From contig DATMPO010000092.1 in assembly GCA_035567035.1 (NCBI GenBank), forward strand, positions 15,168 through 79,167: 64,000 nucleotides of DNA, read 5' to 3'. The position numbers and the translations under genes are program-made. Positions 63,056 to 64,000 of this stretch are shown piece by piece (the first letter of the stretch is position 1; every line of letters begins with the position of its first letter). This DNA comes from Verrucomicrobiia bacterium. GTDB lineage: Bacteria; Acidobacteriota; Terriglobia; Terriglobales; Acidobacteriaceae. A model generated the notes under the pieces. The model made no database searches. It saw nothing but the letters and a program-made list of their open reading frames with translations, and was not told where the DNA came from.

Positions 63056-64000
63056 TTATTTTTTGAACCAGTGTTCCCGCACGATAGTCCACAAGCCCGA
63101 GCCAGGGATCGGATCGTAAGCGAAGGTCAGGACCAATATCGCCAGTCCAAATACGGCGAGCAATCGCCGTTTTCCATCGAGAGGAGTGTTTTCCAGTACG
63201 GGCGGATGGCGCATCGTTCTCCAAAGAAAGATCGCCCACAACAACCAGCTTACCGAGAAGCATACGGCCAGCGGGACAAGGGCCATAATTACCAGAACAG
63301 ATAGAATGCGGTGTGTTCGCGGGTTCAGGGCGTAAGAGATGTGTCCGCCGTCGAATTGTCCGCCAGGCAGCAGGTTCATGGAAGTAGCGAACATGCCGAC
63401 CCATGCGGCCATGGCCATGGGGTGCAGATAGCGATTTCCAAAATCCATCCGAGCGGCTGCATTGATGCCCGCATGGGCCAGGATGAAATGCGTCACCGTG
63501 AAAATCAGGGGCACGCCGAAGGGAAATTCGGCGTCCGGGTTTTCCAGCGGTTTGGACGCAAGGACAGACAAAAACAACACCGGAACCGCAACAATAAATC
63601 CGGCAATGGGCCCCGCAATGCCGATGTCAAAAAGATCGCGACGGTTCCGAATAGGGGACTTGATGCGGATGAACGCGCCCAGCGTTCCGATGAGATTAGG
63701 GAAGGGGATGAAGTAGGGAAGCGTGGCATAGACGCGGCGGCGGACACATAAGACAAAGTGTCCCATCTCATGCGCCGTGAGAATGCCTAGCACGCAGGCT
63801 GAGAACGGAATGCCCAGGCGCAACCGGTGCCAGTCGGCCAGCACCCATCGCCAGGGAAAATAATCCACGTTTTCATTGAAGGCCGGCAGATTGTTGTCGA
63901 AGTCGTACTGCAGCCGGGCGCCGATGCAGAGAGTAGTCAGGATCGTCAGCAGAAAGAGCAGCGCATGTAGCCAATAACGCCGCGTCGGCGGCTGGCGGAC
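63056..64000 (-). CDS. M50 site-2 protease family membrane metalloprotease (N-terminus beyond window end)
   Basis: HEMGHFVL zinc motif and multiple TM helices. Hand translation shows the frame stays open upstream of the GTG at 63868 to base 64000 (VRQPPTRRYWLHALLFLLTILTTLCIGARLQYDFDNNLPAFNEN...). Confidence 0.8.
   Translation of the reverse strand, partial: VRQPPTRRYWLHALLFLLTILTTLCIGARLQYDFDNNLPAFNENVDYFPWRWVLADWHRLRLGIPFSACVLGILTAHEMGHFVLCVRRRVYATLPYFIPFPNLIGTLGAFIRIKSPIRNRRDLFDIGIAGPIAGFIVAVPVLFLSVLASKPLENPDAEFPFGVPLIFTVTHFILAHAGINAAARMDFGNRYLHPMAMAAWVGMFATSMNLLPGGQFDGGHISYALNPRTHRILSVLVIMALVPLAVCFSVSWLLWAIFLWRTMRHPPVLENTPLDGKRRLLAVFGLAILVLTFAYDPIPGSGLWTIVREHWFKK

Overview
High-GC (about 60-68% in core genes) bacterial chromosome segment. 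Family content suggests Acidobacteriota: a TIGR03436-type VWFA-related protein, a CarboxypepD_reg-fused TonB receptor, a Sortilin/BNR giant protein and REP/MITE families whose translations are common acidobacterial pseudo-ORFs. This phylum call is inference only. Most of the window is housekeeping. It holds a CapA-amidohydrolase-M20 cluster, HMGL-like synthase + ALDH + truA, an orphan TolC, and a split B12-dependent acyl-CoA mutase. It also holds an aromatic supraoperon (trpC-trpF-trpB-[insert]-trpA-chorismate mutase-DAHP synthase-tyrA fusion), scoAB, eno, rapZ, an msbA-like ABC exporter, yicC-gmk-rpoZ-coaBC, two uracil-DNA glycosylases, priA and an M50 protease. Four things stand out. (1) A compositionally distinct island at about 41.5-46.5 kb (hand-counted lines 40-48% GC) lies entirely on the minus strand. 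It encodes a TIR-domain protein with an unassigned C-terminal domain, an overlapping RHH-Vsr-Dcm-Eco29kI-like operon, two orphan ORFs and gene remnants, next to about 0.7 kb of repeat debris. This is the best candidate for a composite or undescribed defence locus. (2) Four tandem DUF3857/transglutaminase-like secreted paralogs, three with the Cys-His catalytic residues substituted. (3) A four-helix-bundle (23S rRNA IVS / Avd-like) gene cassette, bounded by inverted octamer arrays, sits between trpB and trpA. (4) At least five families of short palindromic or MITE-like repeats occupy intergenic spacers. A cobalamin riboswitch precedes a TonB-dependent receptor. No tRNA, rRNA, CRISPR array, integrase or transposase was found.
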